DNA of 39,470 nucleotides, taken from positions 1 through 39,470 of the IMG/VR virus record IMGVR_UViG_3300025723_001504, one strand, 5' to 3'. The DNA comes from a virus. Taxonomy: Duplodnaviria; Caudoviricetes. The notes below the pieces were generated by a model, which saw only the letters and a program-made list of their open reading frames with translations, was not told the DNA's origin and searched no databases. Position numbers and translations under genes: made by a program. This document shows positions 17,838 through 26,000 of the stretch, in pieces. How positions within the stretch are numbered: position 1 is the stretch's first letter; every line of letters begins with the position of its first letter.

Positions 17838-18182
17838 ATGACACAGAACCATTTAGCAAGTTTGAGCGTTGAGGAATTGCAAGGCTACTACAGCGATTTC
17901 CACAAGGATTTTTATGGCTATCGCCCACGCGGTTTTGGCACTCCTGCAGACTGGAACGACCGTAGTTGGTTGGAAGAGCATATTACCGCCATTCACAATG
18001 TGATGGATAGTATGAAGACTACCTTTGCTGGTCGTGAAGAACTTCGCGAGCGTGGTTGGGTAGTAGAAGAGACTGATCCGGAAGAAGCCCGTATGGCTCA
18101 GTTTTTAGAACAAGAACGCACCCGTGAGATGGCAGAGCAGATTGCCGATCTTGATGCTAAATTTTTTGGGGAGATGGTATAA
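17838..18182 (+). CDS. Early hypothetical protein (YSDFHKDFYGYRPR motif)
   Basis: TAAGGAG SD; own promoter. Confidence 0.75.
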   Translation: MTQNHLASLSVEELQGYYSDFHKDFYGYRPRGFGTPADWNDRSWLEEHITAIHNVMDSMKTTFAGREELRERGWVVEETDPEEARMAQFLEQERTREMAEQIADLDAKFFGEMV

Positions 18183-18322
18183 TGGGCTTTTATAAAAACA
18201 TTGACATCGAAATACAAGAATGGCAAGCCCGTGGTCGTAGCGTCGAGGAGACCTACATCTATTTTAAAGATTATGTGACCTATGAAGATGTTGTTCGCAT
18301 TTTTGCCAGGGAAACAGTATAA
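18182..18322 (+). CDS. Small hypothetical protein (46 aa, absent from the ORF track)
   Basis: TAATG-coupled at both ends; MGFYKNIDIEIQEWQARG...RETV. Confidence 0.65.
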   Translation: MGFYKNIDIEIQEWQARGRSVEETYIYFKDYVTYEDVVRIFARETV

Positions 18323-18537
18323 TGGAAAAGAAACCGTTGTTTAATTTTCGTTATACAATGAAGAAGGAAGATATTATGACCTTTGTATCGGGCCTACACG
18401 AAGTCCAGGCAGATATGATTGAGTGTGCAGTAATCAAGAAAGAACGCGAAGGATTTCCAGAAGCTTCTGTAGTGATCAAACATATTTGTAACTTGCCTAA
18501 TCCTACCGACGGCTCAAAGTTAGGATCAATAAAATGA
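18322..18537 (+). CDS. Hypothetical protein
   Basis: 71-aa coupled ORF. Confidence 0.6.
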   Translation: MEKKPLFNFRYTMKKEDIMTFVSGLHEVQADMIECAVIKKEREGFPEASVVIKHICNLPNPTDGSKLGSIK

Positions 18538-18614
18538 TTACTTTAATTACATTCGCATTACTGATGTATTTGTTTGTGGATATCCCGGCATATGATCCTT
18601 GGAGTGAGAAATGA
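18534..18614 (+). CDS. 26-aa hydrophobic micro-protein
   Basis: MITLITFALLMYLFVDIPAYDPWSEK; ATGA-coupled at both ends. Confidence 0.5.
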   Translation: MITLITFALLMYLFVDIPAYDPWSEK

Positions 18615-18766
18615 AACAAGGTTCTTTTCGTATGTGGTGCCAGGAAAAATGGTTTGAGCACAAAGACGAACTCGAGTCTTACGGCCAACCGTTGCTTTAT
18701 ACAGCCGATCAATATTTTGCCAAGTACAAGTTCTGGCTTAAACGAGAATATCGTCATCAACAATGA
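18611..18766 (+). CDS. Small hypothetical protein (51 aa, absent from the ORF track)
   Basis: GGAG SD; MKQGSFRMWCQEKWFEHKDE...YKFWLKREYRHQQ; coupled. Confidence 0.65.
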   Translation: MKQGSFRMWCQEKWFEHKDELESYGQPLLYTADQYFAKYKFWLKREYRHQQ

Positions 18767-19035
18767 TTAAACCGCTGGTCCTTGTCGGTGTAATGGCCCT
18801 AGGTGGATGTGCTAATAGCTTGCCACCTGCACCTTTACCTCATTATACCATGCAAAATTTTGTAGCCAATTGTCCTGATGCCAAGGAACAAATGGCATTA
18901 ATTAATAATAGACTGGTTGAGTATCAAGAGTATCATAAATTACAACCATATACACTCGAAGATCGACGGTATTACGGTAGGTTAAAAAATGCGTTATGGG
19001 CACTAAGATCAACATGCAAATCAAATCAGCTTTAA
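18763..19035 (+). CDS. Putative lipoprotein
   Basis: Signal peptide with lipobox LGGC. Confidence 0.7.
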   Translation: MIKPLVLVGVMALGGCANSLPPAPLPHYTMQNFVANCPDAKEQMALINNRLVEYQEYHKLQPYTLEDRRYYGRLKNALWALRSTCKSNQL

Positions 19036-19577
19036 TTATTGCGTTAACCATGTCAACTACGGTTTATGCCGACTGTTATGTCAGGTCGGCAATGACTAGT
19101 AAAACATCCGTAAACATTACCAGCATAGCCGATGTCCAACCATTGGTTGTTCCTATTTCAGATACACAGAATAAATGTATAGTAAATTTTAGGGCACAAG
19201 TAAACGGACAATGGATCACAGCCGAAGGCGAAAATGTTGGGCCAAAAAATCAAAGTGAGGCTATCCTTTGTAAAGGTGCTATGGATCAAGGCCGCACCCA
19301 AATACTAAGCCGTGCAGATGGTAATCGGATTGCCATGGAACAAAATATGGTATGTACCGATCAACCAATTGCCCAAATCCGCAAGGTTAACATTGGCGAC
19401 CATTTACAAGAAAGTGAAGTGTTGCCACACCCAAACTTTCCAAAACAATTTGTTTATCGTACTTCGGCATGCCGTTGGTTTATAGAACCCGAAGTACATC
19501 CTGGAGATTTACTACAACGCCAGGGTATTATTTGCCGGTTACACGATAACGAGTGGCAAGTAGTTGACAAATGGTAA
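19014..19577 (+). CDS. Secreted cysteine-containing hypothetical protein
   Basis: Signal peptide MQIKSALIIALTMSTTVYA. Confidence 0.7.
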   Translation: MQIKSALIIALTMSTTVYADCYVRSAMTSKTSVNITSIADVQPLVVPISDTQNKCIVNFRAQVNGQWITAEGENVGPKNQSEAILCKGAMDQGRTQILSRADGNRIAMEQNMVCTDQPIAQIRKVNIGDHLQESEVLPHPNFPKQFVYRTSACRWFIEPEVHPGDLLQRQGIICRLHDNEWQVVDKW

Positions 19578-19626
19578 TGAATGTAGTAAACTGTTGTTAT
19601 AGTAACCAAACCCTAGAGGTAATGAA

Positions 19627-20370
19627 ATGAAAAAATTAGCAATCGTAGTAGCGGTAACAGGCGTTTTGAGTGCATGTGGATCAACTGGTACAAATTATAG
19701 TGCTCAGTATAATCAACAATCTACTCAGAATTCGGCACAAATGGCCAATGCTATTAGCCAAGCACCTGAATGGATGAGCAAGCTACCAAAGGCTGCTGGC
19801 TATGTGTTTGAAAATGGTACAGCAACCAGTAGTGATTTTGGATTTGCTGATATCAAGGCCAAGACCATTGCCTACAGCAAAATCTGTACAGCCGCAGGTG
19901 GTGTAGTTCGTAGCCAGACCAAGATGTATAAAGCCGATAATGGTGATACTGGCACTGAACAAAGTGAACTGGCTATTCGTAGTATGTGCCCAGATGTGGA
20001 TATCACTGGCGTAGAAACTGTTGAAATGAAACATGTAGCTGATGGTAATCGTATCCGTACCTATGTATTAGTGGCACTACCCACTAATGGTCGTATGAAC
20101 AAAGATATCAAGCGTAGTGCCAAGGAGGCATTTAAGGAACTAGACGAAATCACAGGCAACAAACCAGTGGGCGAAAGTTCTAGTAAAGAATCAGTTGAAG
20201 TTGTACCAGTTACTCCGCAAAAGGGCCAAGAGATTAGTGTAGTTCGGCCAGATGGTACTACTTCTACCCTTAACTTAATGCCAGTTGAAAATGCAGAGTA
20301 TAAGGCCCGTCGAGCAGAAATAATTCAGAAACCGGGTGCAGTAATCGGCCAGACATCGATTGCTAATTAA
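19627..20370 (+). CDS. Lipoprotein, LPP20-like
   Basis: GAGGT SD; lipobox LSAC; APEWM...GTATS pattern; family call tentative. Confidence 0.7.
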   Translation: MKKLAIVVAVTGVLSACGSTGTNYSAQYNQQSTQNSAQMANAISQAPEWMSKLPKAAGYVFENGTATSSDFGFADIKAKTIAYSKICTAAGGVVRSQTKMYKADNGDTGTEQSELAIRSMCPDVDITGVETVEMKHVADGNRIRTYVLVALPTNGRMNKDIKRSAKEAFKELDEITGNKPVGESSSKESVEVVPVTPQKGQEISVVRPDGTTSTLNLMPVENAEYKARRAEIIQKPGAVIGQTSIAN

Positions 20371-20407
20371 AATAAAGTTAAAGAGGTGTCAAAATAAATA
20401 GATATTA

Positions 20408-21925
20408 ATGTTTAATAAAAAAATACTATGCTTAGGTAACAACGGCGACAATACAGATTTTGACACCTCGGAATTAGTCAAAAATGATCAGACTATTAAT
20501 CATGGACTGATCAGCGATTCTAATTTTTTTCCAACTGTTCCTGGATACTACCACACCTCTATAATCGATATACCATTTGGTGGTATATTAAATCTTGCCA
20601 AGAACTTTGACACCATTATATTATTAGACCAGCCGGCAACAGAGTGGTCTCACTGGAAACCTTTGCTATCTACTTTTAAAATTATGATAGAATTGGATAA
20701 GTTAGGGTACAATACAGTGTATAAAAATAATAATAACATACAAAAATATGTAACATTTGAAAAAATAATAACTGAAAATAAAAGTTTTTGTATATATCCA
20801 TGGATTAACATGGTTGAAGAGCTAGGTCACCTTAATGTGTGTGCTAGATCAAGTAAAAAAGTTACCACCATAAAAGAATTAACTACTTGGCATAGCGATC
20901 CAAACTTTCAAAAGGTTAGGAAAACTATGTTACAAGGCAAACTACTACCAGACTATTGTTCTGTATGTTATGATTACGAAAAATTAGGCATCGAAAGTTA
21001 TAGACAATTTGAAACTACAGAATGGATTGCAAAATTAAACATTACTTCTATAGAAGATTTAGACAAGATTACACATCCTTATTATTATGAAGTTCGTTTA
21101 AGTAATAAATGTAATCTTATGTGCCGGTCTTGTAAACCCGAACATAGTCATCTAATAGAAAATGAATATAAAAAATTCAATATAATATATCCTTACTTTC
21201 AAAGTTTTAAATATTCTAGTGTTGATCATATAGATATAGATAATTTAAACAAAAATACTCGGGTGTACTTAACTGGTGGCGAGCCGACCATTATGAGTGA
21301 AGTACTGGATTTTATGAAACGGTGTATAGACCGTAAGCGCACAGATTTTGATTTTACTTTAGGAACCAATGGACAAAAAATAAGTCCTAAGTTTTTAGAA
21401 TTGTCTAATCATTTTACCAATATGAATTTTTCTTTTAGTCTAGATGGTTATGGAAAAGTCAATGATTATTGGCGCTGGGGGTCTGATTGGAATACTGTTA
21501 TAAAAAACGCACATCTTTTAAAATCTCGCGGACATAATATTTCTATTAATACTGTGCCAGGAATTTATAATGTCACTAATTTACATTTATTGTTTGAATT
21601 TGTGGATAAAGAATTTCCGTATGCACCACTATATTTACAAATCAACCATGTTGGATTTCAGTCGGCGTATAATCATCCAAATACCCGAGCAGTAGTAGAT
21701 TCGATAGCAAAATGTAAACAAACAATTGCATATTATGGTGATGGAAAATCTGCTCGTACAGGAATTGATGCCTTGTACAATTATTATTCTAATAATCCTA
21801 CATGCGATTTAGTAAGTCTTAAACAGTTTTTTGATTATAATGACCAACTGGACCGTGCTCGTGGAGTAAAACTAGCAGATTACATACCCGAACTTGAAGC
21901 CTGTAGAAATCTTATTACCGGTTGA
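20408..21925 (+). CDS. Radical SAM protein with SPASM/twitch-like domain
   Basis: CNLMCRSC (CxxxCxxC), LTGGEP, TNG, SLDG; upstream FCIYPW...CSVC. Confidence 0.9.
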   Translation: MFNKKILCLGNNGDNTDFDTSELVKNDQTINHGLISDSNFFPTVPGYYHTSIIDIPFGGILNLAKNFDTIILLDQPATEWSHWKPLLSTFKIMIELDKLGYNTVYKNNNNIQKYVTFEKIITENKSFCIYPWINMVEELGHLNVCARSSKKVTTIKELTTWHSDPNFQKVRKTMLQGKLLPDYCSVCYDYEKLGIESYRQFETTEWIAKLNITSIEDLDKITHPYYYEVRLSNKCNLMCRSCKPEHSHLIENEYKKFNIIYPYFQSFKYSSVDHIDIDNLNKNTRVYLTGGEPTIMSEVLDFMKRCIDRKRTDFDFTLGTNGQKISPKFLELSNHFTNMNFSFSLDGYGKVNDYWRWGSDWNTVIKNAHLLKSRGHNISINTVPGIYNVTNLHLLFEFVDKEFPYAPLYLQINHVGFQSAYNHPNTRAVVDSIAKCKQTIAYYGDGKSARTGIDALYNYYSNNPTCDLVSLKQFFDYNDQLDRARGVKLADYIPELEACRNLITG

Positions 21926-21950
21926 CCAATAATTCCATTTCTAGTATAAT
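21922..21950 (+). promoter_or_regulatory. Sigma70-type promoter of the DNA ligase gene
   Basis: TTGACC-N17-TATAAT. Confidence 0.75.
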
Positions 21951-21984
21951 AGTGTATATACACAAAAAATGATAGAGTAAATAC

Positions 21985-23364
21985 ATGAATGCTATAGATT
22001 TTACTAGCGATCAATTTAATGAGATCAAAGTGGCCGCAGACTGGATTAGAGACCTAGAATCAAGCGACAGCCGTTTACACAAAGAATCAGTAATTGAAAA
22101 AGCATTAATGGCCGCCAAGTTGGGGTCATCAAATGCTCAATGTTTCTTGTTCAACTGCTATCAAGCCTACAACCCCTATTATGTGTTTGGCGTAAAGAAA
22201 GTTCCTGAAACAGAAGGGCTTGAACACAAGCCCAATCCGTGGCCAAAGTTTTGGGCCATGCTTGAAGGACTCCGCCTTAGAACACTGACAGGTCACAATG
22301 CCAGGACTGCCATTGAGTTCATGAGTGAGCAGTTTGATAGTGTAGAGTGGAATGGGTTATGTCGTAGAGTCATTATCAAAGACCTACGCTGTGGCATCAG
22401 TGAAAAGACCCTAAACAAGGTGCTGGGTAATACAGAATGGAAGATTCCGGTGTTTACTTGTCAGTTGGCCACAGACTCAGAAAAGCATACAGCCAAGATG
22501 ACTGGTGTTAAACGCCTAGAACAGAAGTTAGATGGTGTGCGTGTTATTGCAGTAGTAACCAAAACTACAGTTAATCTATATTCACGCAACGGTAAACCAT
22601 TTGATAACTTTCCACATATTGTAGAAGCACTTGAAGATATCAAAAACAAGTTTGCTAGAACATTCCAGTCGTGGCCACATGGTTTTATTTTTGATGGCGA
22701 GGTAATCGGCGAAAGTTTCCAAGCCTTGATGAAACAAGCACAACGCAAAACGGATGTGCAAACAACCGGCATGACTTATAGTGTGTTTGACTGGATTCCG
22801 TTGGCAGACTTTGAGCGTGGATTCTGTAATGCCCAACAACATAAACGCTTGGCTGTATTAGAAGGATATCGTGCGGTATTTGAATCGACTGATTGTGTGC
22901 GCCTTATGGATGGTATCGAAGTTGACTTGGATACAGCCGAAGGACACGATATACTCAAACGCTATTCAACAGATGCAGTAGCGGCCGGGTTTGAGGGGAT
23001 AATGATAAAATCACTTGACGCTCCGTATGAGTGTCGTCGATCAACTTTTTGGATGAAGCTCAAGCCAACTATCACTGTAGACTTAAATATTGTTGGATTT
23101 GAAGAAGGCACTGGTCGCAATGCAGGCCGCCTGGGTGCTATAATTTGTGAAGGAGATGACAATGGTCGTCGTATTTGTGTTAATGTGGGCAGTGGCCTTT
23201 CCGATGCTAATCGTGATGAATATTGGAGTGCCCGAGATCAGTTACTTGGCGATGTTATTGAGGTCGAAGCAGACGCAGTAACACAAAACCAAGACGGAAC
23301 TTATAGTTTGAGATTCCCTCGCTTTGTTCGTTTTCGTGGATTTGAACCAGGAGAAAAGTTATGA
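21985..23364 (+). CDS. ATP-dependent DNA ligase
   Basis: EQKLDGVR (KxDG), FDGEV, EGIMIK, WMKLK, SLRFPRF. Confidence 0.95.
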   Translation: MNAIDFTSDQFNEIKVAADWIRDLESSDSRLHKESVIEKALMAAKLGSSNAQCFLFNCYQAYNPYYVFGVKKVPETEGLEHKPNPWPKFWAMLEGLRLRTLTGHNARTAIEFMSEQFDSVEWNGLCRRVIIKDLRCGISEKTLNKVLGNTEWKIPVFTCQLATDSEKHTAKMTGVKRLEQKLDGVRVIAVVTKTTVNLYSRNGKPFDNFPHIVEALEDIKNKFARTFQSWPHGFIFDGEVIGESFQALMKQAQRKTDVQTTGMTYSVFDWIPLADFERGFCNAQQHKRLAVLEGYRAVFESTDCVRLMDGIEVDLDTAEGHDILKRYSTDAVAAGFEGIMIKSLDAPYECRRSTFWMKLKPTITVDLNIVGFEEGTGRNAGRLGAIICEGDDNGRRICVNVGSGLSDANRDEYWSARDQLLGDVIEVEADAVTQNQDGTYSLRFPRFVRFRGFEPGEKL

Positions 23365-23477
23365 CAGATTGGATGATGGAACAGACTTGGTTGATCGAAG
23401 GAGTGGTTACAATGGTTGCGGCACTACTGTTGGCAACCATTGTGTATTTTTGGATAGAACATTTTAGAGGTGACTAA
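23361..23477 (+). CDS. 38-aa single-TM micro-protein (absent from the ORF track)
   Basis: AGGAG SD; MTDWMMEQTWLIEGVVTMVAALLLATIVYFWIEHFRGD; coupled at both ends. Confidence 0.6.
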   Translation: MTDWMMEQTWLIEGVVTMVAALLLATIVYFWIEHFRGD

Positions 23478-23698
23478 TGGTAGCATTTCATAAACACAGT
23501 CCAGATCCAGTATTAACCGTTAGCGGACCGGAGCAACCCAATGCAGTTACATTCTTTTCAGCAGGAATAGAAACACTTAGGATCAGCGATAAAGGATTTT
23601 GGGTTCGCGGAAAGAAGGTCAAAGTGGATGACAAAGAAGCACTAATAGTCTATAATAGTTTTAAAGAATGGTTAGCTTGGCAACAACTTAGCAGATAG
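23477..23698 (+). CDS. Hypothetical protein
   Basis: GAGGT SD; 73 aa. Confidence 0.65.
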   Translation: MVAFHKHSPDPVLTVSGPEQPNAVTFFSAGIETLRISDKGFWVRGKKVKVDDKEALIVYNSFKEWLAWQQLSR

Positions 23699-23706
23699 AG
23701 GATACA

Positions 23707-24921
23707 ATGGCAACGCAAGAAGAAAAACAACTACTAATTGACACCCTAAAATTTACTCCACGAACCTACAAGATCAGTATGTGGGGTTACGGTGGCGAAA
23801 AGGTCATGGGCACAGTAGATAAAAAAGTGTGGGACTACTGTATGGAAAACCAAGTCGACCTTTCTGACATTGCCTGGGACAGTGATGCTGCAGAAGATAT
23901 GGAACTTGATGAAGACCTGTTGCCATTTCCTCCTGGCTCCTGGTACGAGTGCGATGGCATGGCACATACCAATGGTGTTAGCCGTAATGCCGGAACAGTC
24001 CAGATTGAAGATGAAACAGGCGAAGTGGTATTTGAAAAGTCCCTGGAAGACTGCGACGGCGGTGAAGATAGCCCTGAGTGGTCGTGTTTTGACGAAGCAT
24101 GGATTGGTAGCCAACCTGCTGGCACTGTAGTATTTGTTGGGTCAAGCAATGAAAAGGGCACATTCTTTGAAGGCGAAATAGAACTTACTGCACCATTTGA
24201 CATTACCAAATTAACTTTACAGTATGACGAAATTGATGGTGAAGAACTGGTCAATAGTGTAATGTATGATGGTGAAGACATTGATAACTGGGGTGGCAGC
24301 ACCGACGGTAAGAGTAGCGACTTTGGTATGTATCTAGTTCAAGACAGCAACACTTGGGAAACCTATGATCCCGAAGAAAAAGACTGGGGTCATCCTGAAT
24401 ATGGCACAAGCCCGAGCTCATGGGAACGGTCCGTAACATTTAAGTTTAACAAAGACAAACCAACGATTCCGGGTTACTACAGTGTGAATTGGAGTTACGG
24501 ATCAACTTACGGTAGTTTGTATTGGGACGGTAAGGAGTTTGGTGATTGGTCTCATGGTAAGTTTAATCCAGTTACACAAGAGGGTATTAAGTCATGGTCG
24601 GGCTATAACTGGGATACAAGCAACTGGTCTAATCAACCACCAGAGCCACCTGATCTAATTTGCTCCGATAAAACATGCAGTTGGGTCGGCCGAGGTGAAG
24701 ATCGTCGAACAGATGATGACTACAACGATCATTGCCCTGCGTGTGACGGCACCGACTTTGATTGGATTGACTATGATCCAGACTCAGCCAAAGGTCGTGC
24801 CAATCGTAAAAAGTATTGTATTTCTAAAGCAGAAGAAGTTGCTTTTGTAGCAGGGCTAGATACTGCCCTGGACCAACTTGCAAAAGAATCCGGTATTGAT
24901 TTTGATAATGGTGAATCATAA
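23707..24921 (+). CDS. Highly acidic Trp-rich protein with C-terminal Zn-ribbon-like motif
   Basis: 404 aa, D/E-rich; CSDKTC...CPAC. Confidence 0.75.
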   Translation: MATQEEKQLLIDTLKFTPRTYKISMWGYGGEKVMGTVDKKVWDYCMENQVDLSDIAWDSDAAEDMELDEDLLPFPPGSWYECDGMAHTNGVSRNAGTVQIEDETGEVVFEKSLEDCDGGEDSPEWSCFDEAWIGSQPAGTVVFVGSSNEKGTFFEGEIELTAPFDITKLTLQYDEIDGEELVNSVMYDGEDIDNWGGSTDGKSSDFGMYLVQDSNTWETYDPEEKDWGHPEYGTSPSSWERSVTFKFNKDKPTIPGYYSVNWSYGSTYGSLYWDGKEFGDWSHGKFNPVTQEGIKSWSGYNWDTSNWSNQPPEPPDLICSDKTCSWVGRGEDRRTDDDYNDHCPACDGTDFDWIDYDPDSAKGRANRKKYCISKAEEVAFVAGLDTALDQLAKESGIDFDNGES

Positions 24922-25118
24922 TGGGTTGGTTTTTTCTAGGTCTTTTGCTAGGGTATGGTATGGGTCGTAATCAAAAAGATACTAGCATTCCCAAAGACTT
25001 GGAAAAATGTAAGGTTGAGCGCAACCAACAAGAAATAGATATTATCTACTATAAAAAGTTAACTAAACAACTAGTCGACGAAAATACAGAACTTAGGAAT
25101 AAAATAAATGCAAGCTAA
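24921..25118 (+). CDS. Small membrane-anchored coiled-coil protein
   Basis: Hydrophobic N-terminus followed by a heptad-like tail. Confidence 0.6.
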   Translation: MGWFFLGLLLGYGMGRNQKDTSIPKDLEKCKVERNQQEIDIIYYKKLTKQLVDENTELRNKINAS

Positions 25119-25302
25119 ACCCGGAACAACAGGACAATGTGGATGTGGCCGTAGCCCAACAGGCAAGTGTTGTGGATGGCATGCCTTGACCGAAGATCAG
25201 TATCGTGTTAAAAAAGATGAATACGATTTAGCCGTATATCGTGAACAAGCTGAAGAACTTTGGTTTGACGGTGGATCGTGCACCGGAGGCCGCCCTGAGT
25301 GA
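25108..25302 (+). CDS. CDGSH-type (NEET-like) iron-sulfur/zinc finger protein
   Basis: CGCGRSPTGKCCGWH resembles C-x-C-x2-S-x3-P-x-C-D-G-S-H with one residue less spacing. Confidence 0.65.
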   Translation: MQAKPGTTGQCGCGRSPTGKCCGWHALTEDQYRVKKDEYDLAVYREQAEELWFDGGSCTGGRPE

Positions 25303-25499
25303 AACATTTTTTAACTAGTTTAGTAAACTCAGGAGCAGTTACAGTCTTTACTAGTCTGGCAATGACTGTAAAGAACACTGGTACCATACACTTTGCAGTT
25401 TGGTTACCTAATTGGTTAATCAGTTGGTTGATTGTTTGCACCTATGTTTATTTTGTAGCACCTAAAGTATCGGAGCGGATTTGTGAACGAACTGTATAA
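25299..25499 (+). CDS. Small two-TM membrane protein (DUF2798-like)
   Basis: WLPNWLISWLIVCTYVYFVAP pattern; family call tentative. Confidence 0.6.
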   Translation: MKHFLTSLVNSGAVTVFTSLAMTVKNTGTIHFAVWLPNWLISWLIVCTYVYFVAPKVSERICERTV

Positions 25500-25659
25500 C
25501 GAAACTATAGAACGCAATGGTAAAACATATCATTACGACCCAGACCGGGATATCTATTATTGTAGGTACGAACCCATGAGCACTTTTGACAAATGTGCTT
25601 GGTTTGTAACAATCTTAATTTTGTTAACTACGGTAATAGTGTTAGAATATATTAAATAA
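25483..25659 (+). CDS. 58-aa protein with C-terminal TM helix (absent from the ORF track)
   Basis: GGAG SD, GTG start; MNELYNETIERNGKTYHYDPDRDIYY...VIVLEYIK. Confidence 0.6.
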   Translation: MNELYNETIERNGKTYHYDPDRDIYYCRYEPMSTFDKCAWFVTILILLTTVIVLEYIK

Positions 25660-25769
25660 TGTCCGAGTTAAACATTAAGATTGCTATTATACTAGTAATC
25701 TATTACGCTATAAACTTAGGCATCCTTTGGCTGGTCTATATACTTACAAAAAAATATAACGACAAATGA
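25659..25769 (+). CDS. 36-aa single-TM micro-protein (absent from the ORF track)
   Basis: MSELNIKIAIILVIYYAINLGILWLVYILTKKYNDK; coupled at both ends. Confidence 0.55.
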   Translation: MSELNIKIAIILVIYYAINLGILWLVYILTKKYNDK

Positions 25770-25990
25770 ATACTATAACACTATTAACCAACACAATTGA
25801 TAGTCTTTGGTACTGGACTTATGGTATCATTGCTGGGTGGGGATTAACCTTTACTATAGTCATTGTAGCAATAGTATTATTATTCATCCGTACGATTAAT
25901 CTACAACGCCGTGTTGACCGATTAGAACAACGACTTGTTCATGCCGAACGAGATTACAACTTGTCTATTACTCAACATAAATCTAAATAA
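25766..25990 (+). CDS. Small membrane protein with coiled-coil tail
   Basis: TM segment followed by LQRRVDRLEQRL. Confidence 0.65.
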   Translation: MNTITLLTNTIDSLWYWTYGIIAGWGLTFTIVIVAIVLLFIRTINLQRRVDRLEQRLVHAERDYNLSITQHKSK

Positions 25991-26000
25991 ATATTAGGCT

